From: Leucoraja ocellata
Taxonomy: Eukaryota
Direction: 5' to 3'
Length of the DNA: 64,000 nt
NCBI GenBank assembly: GCA_036785375.1
Contig: JAWMAR010000081.1
Location: 7,564,001-7,628,000, forward strand
Below are positions 22,597 through 36,359 of the stretch, piece after piece. The notes below the pieces were generated by a model, which had not been told where the DNA came from, ran no database searches, and saw only the letters and a program-made list of their open reading frames with translations. Numbering within the stretch: the first letter of the stretch is position 1; each line of letters starts with the position of its first letter. A program made the position numbers and the translations under genes.

Positions 22597-22882
22597 TTAG
22601 TTTAGTTTAGTTTAGAGATACAGCATGGAAACAGGCCCTTCAGCCCATCAGGTACACGTCGACCCTTACACTAGTTACAACCTGCACACTAGGAACAATT
22701 TAGAGAAGACAATTAACCTACAGACCTGCACGTCTTTGGAACGTGGGAGGCAACCGGAGCACCCAGAGAAAACCCACGTGATCACAGGGAGAACGTACAA
22801 ATTCCATATGGACAGCACTCAATGTCAGGATCGTACTCAGGTCTCTGCAAGACAGCAATTCTATCGCAGTGCCACTGTGCCT
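22597..22882 (-). mobile_element. HE1-like V-SINE
   Basis: (gttta)n tail, V-domain and tRNA-like head. Confidence 0.85.
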
Positions 22883-24124
22883 GAACTTTAACATTTATCA
22901 ATATTAAAAAACATTAAAATAATGTTTTTTTTACCCACTCTGCCATCCAATATGAAGCCCTACAATCCCAACCAAAATCTCAATGGGTCATGGATCTTGC
23001 ACCAAGCTTATATTGACTGAAGATGTGGCAAATGGTGGGTGATAAAAGGCAGGTTGGAGGGCAGACCATAATGACAGATTAATTGAGGCTAATTTGGATA
23101 CTTGCTCACAGGTGGACTGAACTGAATTTTAACCTGCAGAGATGTGCAGATTCTGATGCCATTGGAGAGACTCAAATTGGTAACAGTGACACTGCATTGT
23201 GAAGCTGGTTCCAAACCACCAACTTCCACATCTCTGCTGGGCTGTGCATGTTCAAAGCCTACGGGATTAGTGGGTCAGTTAGTGCATATTTCCACATGTT
23301 TAATTCCAAATAAATGGGTTTCCAAGAAATGTGTTGACAAAAATAGGGAGAAAATACCTAGCAACTTAAACGGTTTCAAAAATACAGAGCTTTTTAAAAT
23401 AAATCTATTATTCTTTGGTTAGACCGCACTTGGAATAGTGTTTACAATTCTACATATTGTGTTATATTAAGAATATAAAGACAAAGTGGGAGGTGCTGTT
23501 CTGTTTACGTTTGCAGCTGTAACACCATCAGAATGTGGCTAATTATGCTGAGGGTGAACGTGAACATGTGAATTCAAGTTCTGATGGTTCTTGGTAGTCT
23601 ATACATGGATGAAGAACATAAAAATGCCATCTGCCTCTTGTTTGTCATGAACTACCCGGTATCTTCAATGTTTTGAAAGTTTAACAATACATTAACCATT
23701 TTCTAGTACTGGTGTGAAATCTGCACTTTATCAAAGGCCCGCAGATCTGGAGCCAATTGAGCAGATTTGGAGACGGCCCTGCTTTCCAATAAGGTTCTAG
23801 ACTGTGTCCCTTTCACTGCTGTCTACTCTTGTTCACTTATGAAATGTGAGGCATCAGGGGAGAACACAACTATCTCTCTAATTGGTCCCACCAAAGAATG
23901 GAACTGCAGGTATCATTTGATTTTTTTGATTAATACCACTCCTATGAGGACTCTTTACCTATACTATCAACAGTTGCTTGCATGATAAGAAAATGCACTA
24001 ATTAGTCTTGGTGATATAAAAATGTTGCAGATTAACAGTCATGGAGAGAGATATCATCATGGAGAGAGATATTTTCCAAACACTGTTGAATTCAAGTCAA
24101 GATGATCTTTGTTTAATTGACTTA

Positions 24125-24525
24125 TGGGGTGGCACCATCTCTGGCAGGCCAGCATTTATTACCCATCCCCAATTGCCAAGGTGCTAATGAGCTGTCCTTT
24201 TGAATCACTGCAGATAGAGTTGTTTGATATGGAGTCATTTTATACAAATGTAGTGCATTTTGAATCATTGGAATGGTTTGCTCAGCTGTTTCAGAGGGCA
24301 GTACAGAGTTAACCATAGTTCTGGTCAGATCAAGCAAGGATGCAGATTCATTTGATAGATAATGATTAGGGTGTATTTTTAATAACTATCCTGCAGTCTC
24401 ATGTTTGCCGTTACTAACATTATTTTTTGTTTCAACTTTAATATATTTAATTACCTACATTTAAATACCTCAGCTGCTGCGGTGGTATTTGAATTTGTAG
24501 CTCTGGATAGTTAGTCCAGTATGCA
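24125..24525 (-). mobile_element. Old tRNA-headed SINE with L2-type tail
   Basis: Minus: ctggactaactatccagag...ttcaaataccaccgcagcagctg head; tail ggcaattggggatgggtaataaatgctggcc. Confidence 0.55.
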
Positions 24526-24749
24526 TCTGTACATAGGACATGTGGGTGGCCATTATTTAATTTATCACTGGGTAAACGAGAGTTCCCCAACTTCCCATTT
24601 TCACCATTTTCTTCAGTACTCCCTTCTTCACAGCTGTGAGGTGCAGAGAGGCCATTCTGGTTTCCTAGCTCTTGGCATTGTGTGTTCTCGACTCGTGTAA
24701 TGATGAAAAGACAATAGACAATAGGTGCAGGAGTAGGCCATACGGCCCG

Positions 24750-25285
24750 CTTGGTAGGCCCAGTTCACCCACCGTGAATCGAGGATCCGCGCCGCGGACT
24801 AGGAACCAACCTGGAAAACCCGGCTTACCCGCCTAGAGTGGAAGGAGTTGGCAGAGGGCCGGTAAGCAGACCATCTGCAGGAGCCGGTGCACTTGTTCAA
24901 CGGTGGAGTGGGCCGCTGGAGGCCCTGCAACAGCCTGGGGCTCAGCTGGACCGGGCACCGGACTGCACGCGGCCTACAGCGGCGGAGCGGCAGCAGAGAA
25001 CACCACGGCTTGGCCAGGACGATCCTGCATCTTCGCCAGGACAATGGCCCTTCATAGTCAGGCCAAGAACTGAAAAAAAAAAAAAAATGAAAACTCTGCG
25101 CTTACAATAACTGGGCCTTGAAAATAGTGCCAAACTGGCGATTCTGTATACTGTGTACTACTATTATACACTTGTACTGGATCTTAGATGCATATCTAAG
25201 ATGTATCTAAGTGCTTATGTATAGAACTGAACTGTACCCAAAAATGAATTTCACTGTTCCTCAGTATCTGTGACAAATAAAGTAT
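24750..25285 (+). mobile_element. GC-rich non-autonomous element with Rex1-like tail
   Basis: CpG-rich body; ends gaatttcactgt...tgtgacaaataaagta. Confidence 0.55.
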
Positions 25286-27204
25286 GTCACATACCATAAG
25301 TGGTGACGAGGAAAGTTTAGAGGAAATTTATGAGGCAAATTTTTACCCAGAGAGTGGCAGGAGCCTGGAAAGTACTGTGAGGGGAGGTAGGGGAAACAGA
25401 TATGATAGCAATGTTCAAGAGGCATTTAAACAGACACATGAACCATCATGGAATAAAAGGACATAGACCATGTGCAGATAGACGCAATTGATTTATGTCA
25501 GCATCTTGTTTGGCCACAGACATTGTGGGCCAAATATCTTGTTCCTGTGCTGTTGTATTCCTTCCTTGTGGTCCTTCTCTATGTAGGACTTCCTTTTCTT
25601 CAGCTTAGTGTGGAGTTTTCACTGTTCCTTGTGGAGATCATGTGTAGATGCGGTGACTGGTTTGCTAAACATTTTGATTTGGCCTACAAGACTCAGTCAC
25701 CTGTCTCTCATTCTCCATCCCACTCCTACTTTGAACCTCTTTGGCCTCCTACATGATTGCAATTGAGCTTGTGCACCAACTCGGCGTATTCAGCTGGGTG
25801 CATTAAAACTTTGGTGTCCAACATTAAGTTCAGGAGTTACAGAAAATCTCCCTGCTATCTTCCTTTATGACCGTAGGCCAATCTTTGTTGTTTTAAATTC
25901 CATTATCCACTCTTTTAGTCTTGCATGATCATAATCTCCTTCTTTGTCATGCTTCTTCCATTATGATTTCTTCCCCTTTCCCTTTTCTCCACCTCTTAAA
26001 ACTTGAGACACTTTTTCAAAGATGTTGCGACATCATTGACATCTGCAATGCCACCTAACTTGCTGAATGTCTTCAGCCTTTTCAGATTTTATTCTGGTTT
26101 TTCACAGTTTGAAGTATTTTACTTTGTAAGCATTTCACAATTTGTGAAGCATTTCACATTGTGAAGCTTGTGAAGCATTTCACAATTTGTAGCCATTTTG
26201 AATTCACACAGTATTACTTCATAATAACATGCTGACTGCACAACCTTTGACATAATGTTATTCTTCTTATGTAAAATTAGATATCTAAAATTAAATGAGC
26301 AAAGTGAATGGCAAACATAGTATTGACTCTCAATTGATGATGCCCTACAGGGACACAGGATAATCTGACGCATATTTCTCATAATACTGAAACCTCTTGG
26401 GGGCGCCATTGTCACATATAAATCGCTCAGCAGTTGTTACACTGCTCCATGAGAATGTACATTCTTGGTTGTGTAATCTTGTCTTTATGAATCATTGCAT
26501 TCTGGATAGAGCCTTGGCATTTTATTGAGGAGCTTCACTGGTGCAGTTGGCTTCAATAGCACCAAAGACCAACCCAATTTGCGAATTGAGTGAAAACTTT
26601 AAACTCCTAGTACAAATGCATGTAGCTATTGTGGATGTGTTAAAAAAAATGTGATTTTAACATGCAGGCATTTAATAAGTATTTGGCCTAAGTCTCAATG
26701 CATTTCACAAACCCATGGGAGAGTACCTTGCAAATTAGACGTTATCATTAATTTTTGTCCCATTATGTGCTAAATGTCTGATCGAGTGATTAATGCATGA
26801 TGAATTCTACTTCTTTGATTTGTTCCCATTGACTTCAGAGGGGCCAAACTTTGTAACCGTAGTTCAATGTACACGTGTCACTACTTCACATGTCTACAAG
26901 ACATTCACTGAACCAATGTCAGATGCAACAGAGGGAAATTTCTATTCAATTTCTTTACAATACATGTTCACCACCAATTTCCCAGCAATTGGTGGTCCAG
27001 CACCTCCTTTAATCTGGACAAAATTATCCAAGCGCACTTGAAATCCCCCCCGGAAGTCCCCCAAAATACTTGCTTAAGAAGCCCCAAAAGGTTGGTATTG
27101 TTGTCCTTTTTAGAAGTGGGGAAAGAAGCACAGGTCATGACCATGATATTCTGAAAAACCAATGGATTATAATCCGCTGGTCATGTTCCATTTCCATTTC
27201 CTCC

Positions 27205-27440
27205 AATTGCTGCCTTACAGCGCCAGAGACCCGATTTTGATCCTGACCACATTTCCCTGTGACTATTTGGGTTTTCTCCAGGTGCTCCAGTTTCCTCCCC
27301 CATTCCAAAGACATAGGCTAATTGACTTTGGTAAGAATTGTAATTTGTCTTGAGTGTGAAGGATGGTGCAAGAGTATGGGGGCGATTGCTGGTTGGCACG
27401 AAATCTGCTCCACACAGTAACTCTAAACTCTAAAGTCTAA
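27205..27440 (+). mobile_element. Degraded V-SINE
   Basis: tgctgccttacagcgccagagacc...tccaggtgctccagtttcctccc...(ctctaaa) tail. Confidence 0.75.
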
Positions 27441-28011
27441 CACTGTGAATTCATAACCTCTCCATATTATATAACATTTTAAGGCAGATTATGAAAGTAG
27501 GGAGAGAGGAAGATGTGAGGTTTTAGAAGGAGCTCCAAGTACCATGGGTGGTGACAAAAGGATGTTTAGTGATAATGCTTTGGGAATGCCAGACAGATTT
27601 TGTCCTCTTTCTATGTTGTTGTCTTGAAGCTGTCTCAAGTGTTGGGGAAACAAAAGGCAGCAGATAGAACAAAAGAACACAATGCTGGAGAAACCCAGGC
27701 ATCATTTGTGGAGGGAAATGGACAAATGCCGTTTCAGGTTAGGACTGTTGTACCTCACAGTGTTAGGGGTTTGTTTTTGCTTGCAACTCGGATCTCAGCA
27801 TAACTTAAAGTAAATTATTTAACAAGACACTTATTTTTTCATGAGACGCTAGCACCCCTGTAAATAATTGGTATTATTATAAGGCATCCATTGTTTCAAA
27901 ATTCAGTGGCTTCAAGTTATCAACATTTGATGACTGAAAACAGACTAAGGACAGTTGTGCAAAAAACAGATTGCTGGAGGAACTCAGTCAGTCCGGCAGC
28001 ATCTGTGGAAT

Positions 28012-28281
28012 GAAAAAAAAAAAAATGAAATGATTCAATTTATTGTCATTGTCAGTGTACAGTACAGAGACAACGAAATGCATTTTTAGCATCTCCCTTG
28101 AAAGGGAGACACAGGGCGTCGCGGTGTGCCCGCGCCTGCCGCCGTACATTCCATTACAGGCAAAGGTGGGTGAAGTGTCTTGCCCAAGGACACAACGACA
28201 GTATGCACTCCAAGCGGGATTTGAACCGGCTACCTTCCGGTCACCAGCCGAACTCTTAGCCCATTGTGCTATCTGTCGCCC
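28012..28281 (-). mobile_element. tRNA-derived CORE-SINE with Rex1-like tail, nested in a pLTR arm
   Basis: Minus: A box tagcacaatgg, B box ggttcaaatcc, CORE gtgtccttgggcaagacacttcaccc, tail aatgacaataaa; CpGs retained. Confidence 0.8.
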
Positions 28282-29429
28282 TGAGAGAGAGATAATGTTT
28301 TGGTTGGGACCCTTCTTCATATTGGTGGGAAGAGAGAAGGCAGGTGGGAAAAAGAGGTGAGAGGAAGGGATACTATATTTATGTTGTGAAGGGTGTAGCT
28401 GGTGGCTGGGAGATCTTTAACTAGCTATTCTGCTCTGTTGAGGAAGAAAACATTATGATATGTATCCAAAAGACAGATACTAACCTTCAGTTTAAATAAA
28501 ACAAATAGAATTTCTGGACACCCACTGCACTCCAAGAAGTCAATGTATAAATTGCTTTGAGATGTAACATGCCCCTAGTGCGTAAGTAGTGGATGCGAAA
28601 GTGGGATAAGAGAACTGGTGTGATCGGTGTGGATTCCGTGGGCCGAAGGGCTTGTTTCAATGCTGCAGCTCTAAACTAAACTAAAGATCAAAGAACACTC
28701 AGATAAACACTTATCATTGCTGCATCTTTATTATTAGCTACTTAGCCACGAAGGTGATGTGCAGAATGTACAGTATGGGTGGCATGCCCATGGCTTTGCA
28801 AGATATCAAACAGAATGACACTGGGCAATAACAAATGGAGATAGATAGCAGCGAGGGAAGTAGCAGGACAGGGCTTGCAAAGGAGATTATGGCCATTGGA
28901 GTCTGAATAAGGGTCTCGACACGAATTGTTGCAGCATGTGGTGGCAGCTATCTTGGATAAATGCCTGTATTTATGTACTTGCCATTCTCGAAAACACTAC
29001 TGGAGCATCAACAACACCTTGCCCTTTGTGTCATCTCTTCACATCAAATCTAACTTTGGATCAATCTGATTCACTGGCTTGGCACCAGTCAGTGACACAG
29101 GGACATAGGCAGCAATGATAATGGTCACCCAGGCAAGTCGGGAAAAGTGAAAGAAAAGCAACAATTGCTTGAATGAACCCCAATGGTTTCACCGATATCT
29201 ATGATGAAAGCTCACTTAAAGTACCTTGTGTAATCAATTCTTTCATCCCAGCGTAATTACAATGACCTTACCATTCCCTTGGGAGCTGCACCCACATCAA
29301 CCTTACAAGCTCCAGTATTTGGGATGAAAGTAGTGAACGGCTTTTCACTGTTCATCGTGTCCTTTTCAAACCTGCCAAATATAAAATCATTGTTCTGTTA
29401 GTGTGCCTTGTGGCTAATTTTTCTTTGGG

Positions 29430-29721
29430 TTTAGTTTAGTTTACTAGTTTAGTTTAGAGATACAGCGCAGAAACAGGCCCTTCGGCCCACCGAGTCCTCA
29501 CCGAGCAGCGATCCCTCCACACACTAGGGACATTTTTTTAACATTATACAAGCCAATTAACTGACAAACCTGTATGTCTTTGGAAACCAAAGATCTCAGA
29601 GAATACCCACGCAGGTCACGGGGAGAACGTACAAACTCTGTACAACAAGCACCCATAGTCAGGATCAAACCCAGGTCTCTGGCGCTGTGAGGCGGTACTT
29701 CTGCCGCTACGCCACCGTGCC
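29430..29721 (-). mobile_element. HE1-like V-SINE
   Basis: (gttta)n tail, V-domain and head. Confidence 0.85.
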
Positions 29722-30119
29722 TCACTCCTTTTTTCCTTCTGTGTTTTTCCTCCTTTACCACATCTTTTTTAGAGATCATGAGTCAGGCTCCAATAACTGC
29801 ACGCCAACAACAATTTAAAAGCAAATTCAGAGTGCCTTGCGGATTTGAATCACAGTGGGGGGTTTAATCTGGTCGAACTTCAGTGTTATTGGTGTGTTGA
29901 AGTTGACAAAATTGCATCAGGTCAAGAAACAGGCTGTAACCTCCTGTTTTCCTTGGACTTAATAGACTTATTGGAGAGGCAGGTTGTCTATCAATGCCAA
30001 TACTTAAATTGCAACAACATTTTGCCAATTTTTTAAAATTAATTGTATATTATTTTAGTTTCCTGAATCTCACCCATTGAATCTGAAAACATCACAATGA
30101 CTGATGGGCTGGTTCAGTT

Positions 30120-30385
30120 GGACAGCATTGTGGTGCAGCTGGTAGAGTCGCTGCCTCACAGCGTCAGAGACCCTGGTTTGATCTTGACCTTGGGTGCTGT
30201 CTGTGTGGAATTTGCAAGTTGTCCCTGTGGTCAGGTGGGTTTCCTCTGGGTTCTCCAGTTTCCTCCCACATCCCAAAGACACGTGCATTTGCAGGTTAAT
30301 TGGCCTCTCTAAATTGCCCCCAGTGTGTAAGGAGTGGATGCGAAAATGGGATAACAGAAGCAGTGTGAATGGTCAATGGTTGGCC
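30120..30385 (+). mobile_element. HE1-like V-SINE
   Basis: gtggtgcagctggtagag...ggtttgatc...ccagtttcctcccacatcccaaagac. Confidence 0.85.
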
Positions 30386-30399
30386 TACACGCAAATATA

Positions 30400-30692
30400 T
30401 ACACATGAAAACAAACAAACATTCAAACAAACAATAATAGTGCAAAAGGGAAAACCAACGGTCACAAGTCTATGTAGTTCTGAGCTTATTTGGAGGTTGT
30501 AGTGTTTAATAGCCTGATGGCTGTAGGGAAGGAGCTATTCCAGAACTTGGACGTACAGATTTCCGGCTCATATATCTTCTTGGCGATGGCAGGAGTGAAA
30601 TGAGTGTGTGACCAGGGTGATGTGGGTCTGATGATATGGCTGCCTTTTTGAGGCAGCCACTCTTGTAAATCCCTTTGATGATGGGGATCAAT
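30400..30692 (-). mobile_element. Rex1/Babar LINE fragment
   Basis: IYKSGCLKKAAISSDPHHPGHTLISLLPS...SSFPTAIRLLN. Confidence 0.8.
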
Positions 30693-30734
30693 GACCAAGA
30701 TTGAGACTCATTTGATTGCCACAGTTCACAGGTT

Positions 30735-31205
30735 CAAAGAGTTCAAAGGGTATTTTATTGTCACGTGTACCAATTAATGTATAGTGAAACTCGATTTACA
30801 AGTCATACAAAAAAAATAACAAAACAAAAGTTAACCACAGCAGATTCCCCATGTTCCTCATTGTGAAGGAAAGCAATAAAGTCTAATCTACTTCACTCTT
30901 TATTCTACCGCAGACGGGGCGTCGAACCATCCGCAGTCGGGGCGATCGAAGCTCCCACAGCTGGCGATCAAAGCCCCACGTCGGGGCGGTCGAAGCTCCC
31001 GCGATCGGGGCTGTCGAAGCTCCTGCGGTCTGGAGCTCCCGAAGTCGGACGGAGATATGATACGGAAAAAAAATCACATCTCTGTTGAGGTAAGAGATTT
31101 AAAAAAGTTTCCCCCAAGCCCCCCCCCCACATAAAACAAAGCTAAAGAACGTTAAAATATACATTTCACACTTGCTAATAACAACAAAGAAGAAAAGGAC
31201 GGGTC
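30735..31205 (-). mobile_element. Non-autonomous element with internal ~20-bp repeats and Rex1-like tail
   Basis: Repeats of cggggcgatcgaagctccc (30935-31040); tttattgtcacgtgtac tail on +. Confidence 0.6.
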
Positions 31206-33054
31206 AGACTGTCTCAAACCTGAATATCAGGGTTTATGGGGGAGATGGAAGGAGAATGGGGTTATGGGGGAGAGATAGATCAGCCATGATTGAATGGCAG
31301 TGTAGACTTGATGGGCCGAATGGCCTAATTCCGTTCCAGCACGTATAGACCTTATGTCACCTATTCCTTTTCTCCAATGCTATCTGTCCCGTTGAGTTAC
31401 TCCAGCTTTTTGTGTCTATGATGTTCTGCTACATTGGCCACTAATCCATGCATGAAGACGTGATTGTGATATTGTATTTATTTATACCTCAACCCAAGCC
31501 TGAGGCAGGCTCCTCTGTTCTCTCTGTAGTTGGGAACCCAGTGCATGGTAACATATTTACTGCTCGTCAATTATCCTATTTTGTTGACTGCACCAAGAAT
31601 TCACCCCTTATACCCAGTTTCAGTGTCCAACTGAGGAGAGCTAAGAGAGGGCTCTATCTTCAATATAAACACTTGCTCATTTTAATGCCAGGTGAATATC
31701 CAACTGATATTCTCAGCTGGCCCGGCCAAAGTCTAAGGGGACACTTTTTACACAAGCTCGATTATAATTTCCATTGATCAATGAAATTAATACCAGGCTG
31801 CTGATATGATCGTATCATTTTATTGCCAGATGGATTAGGAATTACTGTGGGTGCAATTGGTTCACATGATGACATAACTGGAAATCTATGAGAATGAAGC
31901 CTACTGATTCTTCTGACTGCAGCAGTTCAATGTAAAAAGAATCTGGTCAGTGTTCAGTCATGGAATAACATTTTATGAATGCTGTTTCGACTCAAAGTTG
32001 TTGACCAACTAACACGAATCTAGTTCAGACCATTCTGCGCACAGTTTTGATGAATAACTTCTGTAGATGTAACATCTTAGTGTGAGTTGAATCATTTGGT
32101 TATAAGAGGTTATCATGGAATGTTCAGCAGGGAAAGATAACCTGACGTTCTTTCCCCTCCTTGACCTCTCAAACATTACATTTAATAATCTGTGACTGAA
32201 TGAAAAGAATTCTAAAAATCTCGCTTGGGATAAGAAGTTAGTCAAAACAAGCTCTGATATTATGATGTTTGGCAATTTTTTGACAGCTTCGTCAGTGGTG
32301 GGCTTAATCTGTCTTGAGCTGCATACTGTTACAGCCAGGTGGCCACTCTCTGGATACCTGACCTTCCTTCATCTATTCGACACTGCGTCTGGACTGTGTC
32401 TTCCTGAAAGCCTTTCTCGTGTTCAGGTAATGTACAATTACGGGAATTACTTTGTTCCTTTGCTTTCACAAACATCATTTTCAGATGGTGATTTTCACAT
32501 TTCCCTCTTCGTATGATTTTTCTCCCCCTGGGCGTTTTATTACTTGCAAATGAATGATATTGTGCGGTTTAACACTTCAAGCTGACTACTATGGGCCATC
32601 TGGGTAAATATTGATATACGAGGTGTTAATGATTTCATTGTGCAGAATAATTACCAGTGTTGTTTTTTGTAATGTGTTCATACTGCATGCCTCCCCTGAC
32701 TAACATAGCATTGGGGACTCATTCACCCTTCAACACTTTACCGAATGCATCTATATCGAATTAATAGAGGTTATTAATTGAATTAATATCACCATGAATT
32801 GAATTAATTGAATTAATATCACCATCCAAGAATGTTGTCATTGTGTAATCTAGAGTTGCAGAGAACTCCATCAATATAACAAAGCTTCATTAACTTTCCT
32901 TTCATTATTTACTCTTTAGCAGACGGGAATATAAACAATGAGTCACCCATTTTACATTCAACATTGGGCAAATGTACAATTAGCTTACAGCAAAGCATTA
33001 TATATTTTTTAAAAGCTTTAAAGCACATAAGATCTTGAGTTCTGATCCTTAGTA

Positions 33055-33335
33055 TTCATACCAGAGGACGCAGGGTTAAGGTGAATTGGGAAAACCTGAA
33101 TGGGAATCTGAGGGGTAACCTTTTCACACAAAAGGTGGTGGTTGTATGGAACAAGCTGCTAGATGAGGTAGTTGAGGCTTGGACTATTACAACATTTAAG
33201 AAACAGTTAGACAGATAAATGGATAGGACCTCCATGTTTGGAGGGACATGGGGGCAAATGCAGGCAGGTGGGACTAGTGTAGATGTGACATGTTGCAAGT
33301 TGGGCCAAAGGGTCTGTTTCAACGTGACTCTAGAC
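33055..33335 (+). mobile_element. CR1 3' fragment
   Basis: aatctgaggggtaaccttttcacacaaaaggtggtg...ggactagtgtag tail. Confidence 0.8.
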
Positions 33336-33954
33336 TGTTGGAAAAATAAGGTCTTCAGAACAATTACTACAATTTCTGCAGAAAGATTTGGATCTGAAAC
33401 ATTGCCTATCCATATTCTCTAGAGATTCTGCTTGACCTGCTTGAGTTACTCCAGCACTTTGTCGCATTTTTTGGTAAACCAGCATCTGTAGTTCGTTGTT
33501 ACTACACTTTTCTCAATTGTTACTCAGGTAGTAGTTCTGCTGCCATTTATATCACCAAAAGTTAGGCAAAGAACAGTTATCTCAAATAATCAGAAGAAAT
33601 GAAGCCAAACTATAGAAGGACAAACCATAGAAAAATACCAACCAAATACTTTTTTGGTGGTTAGTGTGAATCCCTTGTTTCTGTGCTGTATGTCTATATG
33701 AATTACACAGACCTGTATAGAAACTACATCTCAGAAATAGGCCATTCACCTCAACCAGTCCACATTACTTCCACGTAACAGCAGCATAAATCCCATGAGC
33801 CATTGATATTGACTGAATGTACATTACAGAAGGGGGAATATCTTTTATCCATGGGTGACAGTGTATCAGCTATCCAGTTTACACTTGGCTTCATCTCTGT
33901 TTTGAGCTCAGCAGGATGCATGGAATGGAATGGAATGCATCTAGTGAATATTGA

Positions 33955-34380
33955 TTTCAAGTTCAAGTGAGTTTATAGTCATGTGTCCCTGATAGGACAA
34001 TGAAATTCTTGCTTTGCTTCAGCACACAGAACATAGTAGGCATTTACTACAAAACAGATCAGTGTGTCCATATACCATAATATAAATATATACACACATG
34101 AATAAATAAACTGATTAAGTGCAAATAACAGATAATGGGTTATTAATAATCAGAGTTTTGTCCGAGCCAGGTTTAATAGCCTGATGGCTGTGGGGAAGTA
34201 GCTATTCCTGAACCTGGTTGTTGCAGTCTTCAGGCTCCTGTAACTTCTACCTGAAGGTAGCAGGGAGATGAGTGTGTGGCCAAGATGGTGTGGGTCTTTG
34301 ATGATACTGCCAGCCTTTTTGAGGCAGCGACTGCGATAAATCCCCTCGATGGAAGGAAGGTCAGAGCCGATGATGGGCAT
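33955..34380 (-). mobile_element. Rex1/Babar LINE 3' end
   Basis: LPSIEGIYRSRCLKKAGSIIKDPHHLGHTLISLLPSGRSYRSLKT...FRNSYFPTAIRLLN; tail with (ttgaac)n. Confidence 0.85.
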
Positions 34381-34407
34381 CTAACATCAAGTGACTTGCA
34401 GTCACTC

Positions 34408-35427
34408 AAAGATAGACACAAACTGCTGGAGTAACTCAGTGGGACAGGCTGAATCCCTGGAGAGAAGGAATGGGGGACATTTCAGGTTGAGACCCTTCTT
34501 CAGACTGAGTCAGGGGAGTGGGAGACAAGGTATGGAAGGGTAAGGTGTGAAAACGACAGATCAAAGCAGATATTAATCAAGGAAATGTAGAATGGTTCAT
34601 TGTTAACTGAGAGAAGGTGAAAATTAGGCATTTAATCAGTAAAATTATTTAGGAGAATGGTGAAACTAGTTGGAGAACTAGGGTGGGGGAAGGACGGAGA
34701 GAGAGGGAAAGTAAGGGTTACTTGAAGTTAGAGAATTCAACGTTCATACTGCTGGGTTGTAAGCTGCCCAAGCGAAATATGAGGTGCTGTACCTCCAATT
34801 TGTGTAGGGCCTCACTCTGCCAGTGGAGGAGGCCCAGGACAAAAAGGTCAGTAAGGTGAATGGTAGAGAGAGTTAAATTGTTTAGCAACTGGGAGATTGC
34901 CTAGGTTTGGCTTAGGCGGACTAAATGGAGATTTTTAGCTAAACGATCCTGCATTTGGTCTCGTCGATATATAGGGGTCCACACCTGGAACAGTGGATAC
35001 AGTAGATGCGGCACGAGGAGGTGCAAGTGAACCTCTGCCTCACCTGAAAGGACTGTCAGGGTCCGGGGATCGAGTCGAGGAAAGAGTTATCTCCCGGGGT
35101 TGCTCTCTCTCTCTGTCCCTCTCCCACTCTAGTCTTCTTGCTAATTTCACCATTTGTATTCCTTGGTTATCACCTCATCCCCAGCCACCAATGGGACATG
35201 GTGAGCTCCACCTTTTCTGAGTCATCGATGCAGGCTCTGCTTTGTTCTCTGCCTTCCCATACCACCAGTGCCCCCCCCCCCCTCCCTAACTCTTAGTCTG
35301 AAGAAGGGGCTCAAACCGAAACGTCACCCATTCCTTTTCTCCAGCGATGCTGCCTGACCTGCTGAGTTGCTCCAGCATTTTGTGTCTATATTCAGTGTAA
35401 ACCAACATTTGCAGTTCCTTCCTACAC
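34408..35427. mobile_element. Penelope remnant with inverted pLTRs
   Basis: Minus-strand GIY-YIG C-terminus (QHLIFRLGSLQPSSMNVEFSNF at about 34725-34800) with pLTR; second pLTR in opposite orientation; hammerhead-like cores at 34476-34503 (-) and 35298-35325 (+). Confidence 0.85.
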
Positions 35428-36359
35428 GAAGCATCTAGCTGCTGTTTCACCATCACCCATTCCAGGACACAGATGAAGACTAATTTCAGACATAAAGAGA
35501 ACGAAAGTTAACTAGGAGAACCCAATCTTAAGTTTGTAATATTCCTTGTCAAATAATATTTGTGCTTGTGTGAGATAATGTTTGTTCTGTCAGCCATATG
35601 CATATATGCGAGGTTGATAGGGCTATCAGAAGGTGGTGCAGCAGCCTATTTATCTGTTCTATGTTTGGAGATCAAACCACTGTTTGGCTAAGTTTACCCA
35701 CCTGAGGTCTGACTGTGTAAAAGGCCTTATCATGGCTGACCATGAAAACCTCACCTATTTGTTAAAGGCACAAAAGTTAAACAATTCTTTTCCTCTCAGG
35801 ATTAAATTCGGGAGCACCGATATTTCCCTGTGACATTTATAGAAGTATTCAAACAAACAATTCAGTTCCAAATAACCCCAAAGTTGGAATCAGTCATGCC
35901 TGACTCAAAGCACAATATTATCAACTAGCTGTATGATAACCAGGTATAATAATGGATGCAGGTGTGCACCAAACTAATAGGTTCAGTAACTGAAGGCAAG
36001 ATTGAAAGAGATTGCAATAGTATCTCAGGTTTGTGCTCCAGCTTCGCACACTAGCCACATGCATATTTCCACATTTTCACAGATTGTCTAATATTTGTTA
36101 AGACAATGCATCATAGAATCAGGAGTATTGGAAGTCAAATGCAAAGCCTTCCCTTTTGTTTATTGCAGCCAAGGATCCTTGACTTTATGCAGACGTGCAA
36201 AGTGAATTTCAGATGTGAAATTGAATGTCGCCTTCACTGAATCTGCAAATATGCATTCATTTGATGAAATCACATTTTTTTAAACAATAAGTAATATGGT
36301 GATCAACATTGAATTTAAAGGGACTTCCCTTCTCTGTGGTTCAAGGTGATATCTTATTG

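Noticed and set aside
28200-28281. tRNA gene candidate
   Set aside because: Has A/B boxes but continues into a CORE domain and LINE-like tail, so it is a SINE head
32287-32426. Exon-like segment (ttttgacag ... cag|gtaatg) with one open frame
   Set aside because: Translation resembles no protein I recognise and no partner exons were found
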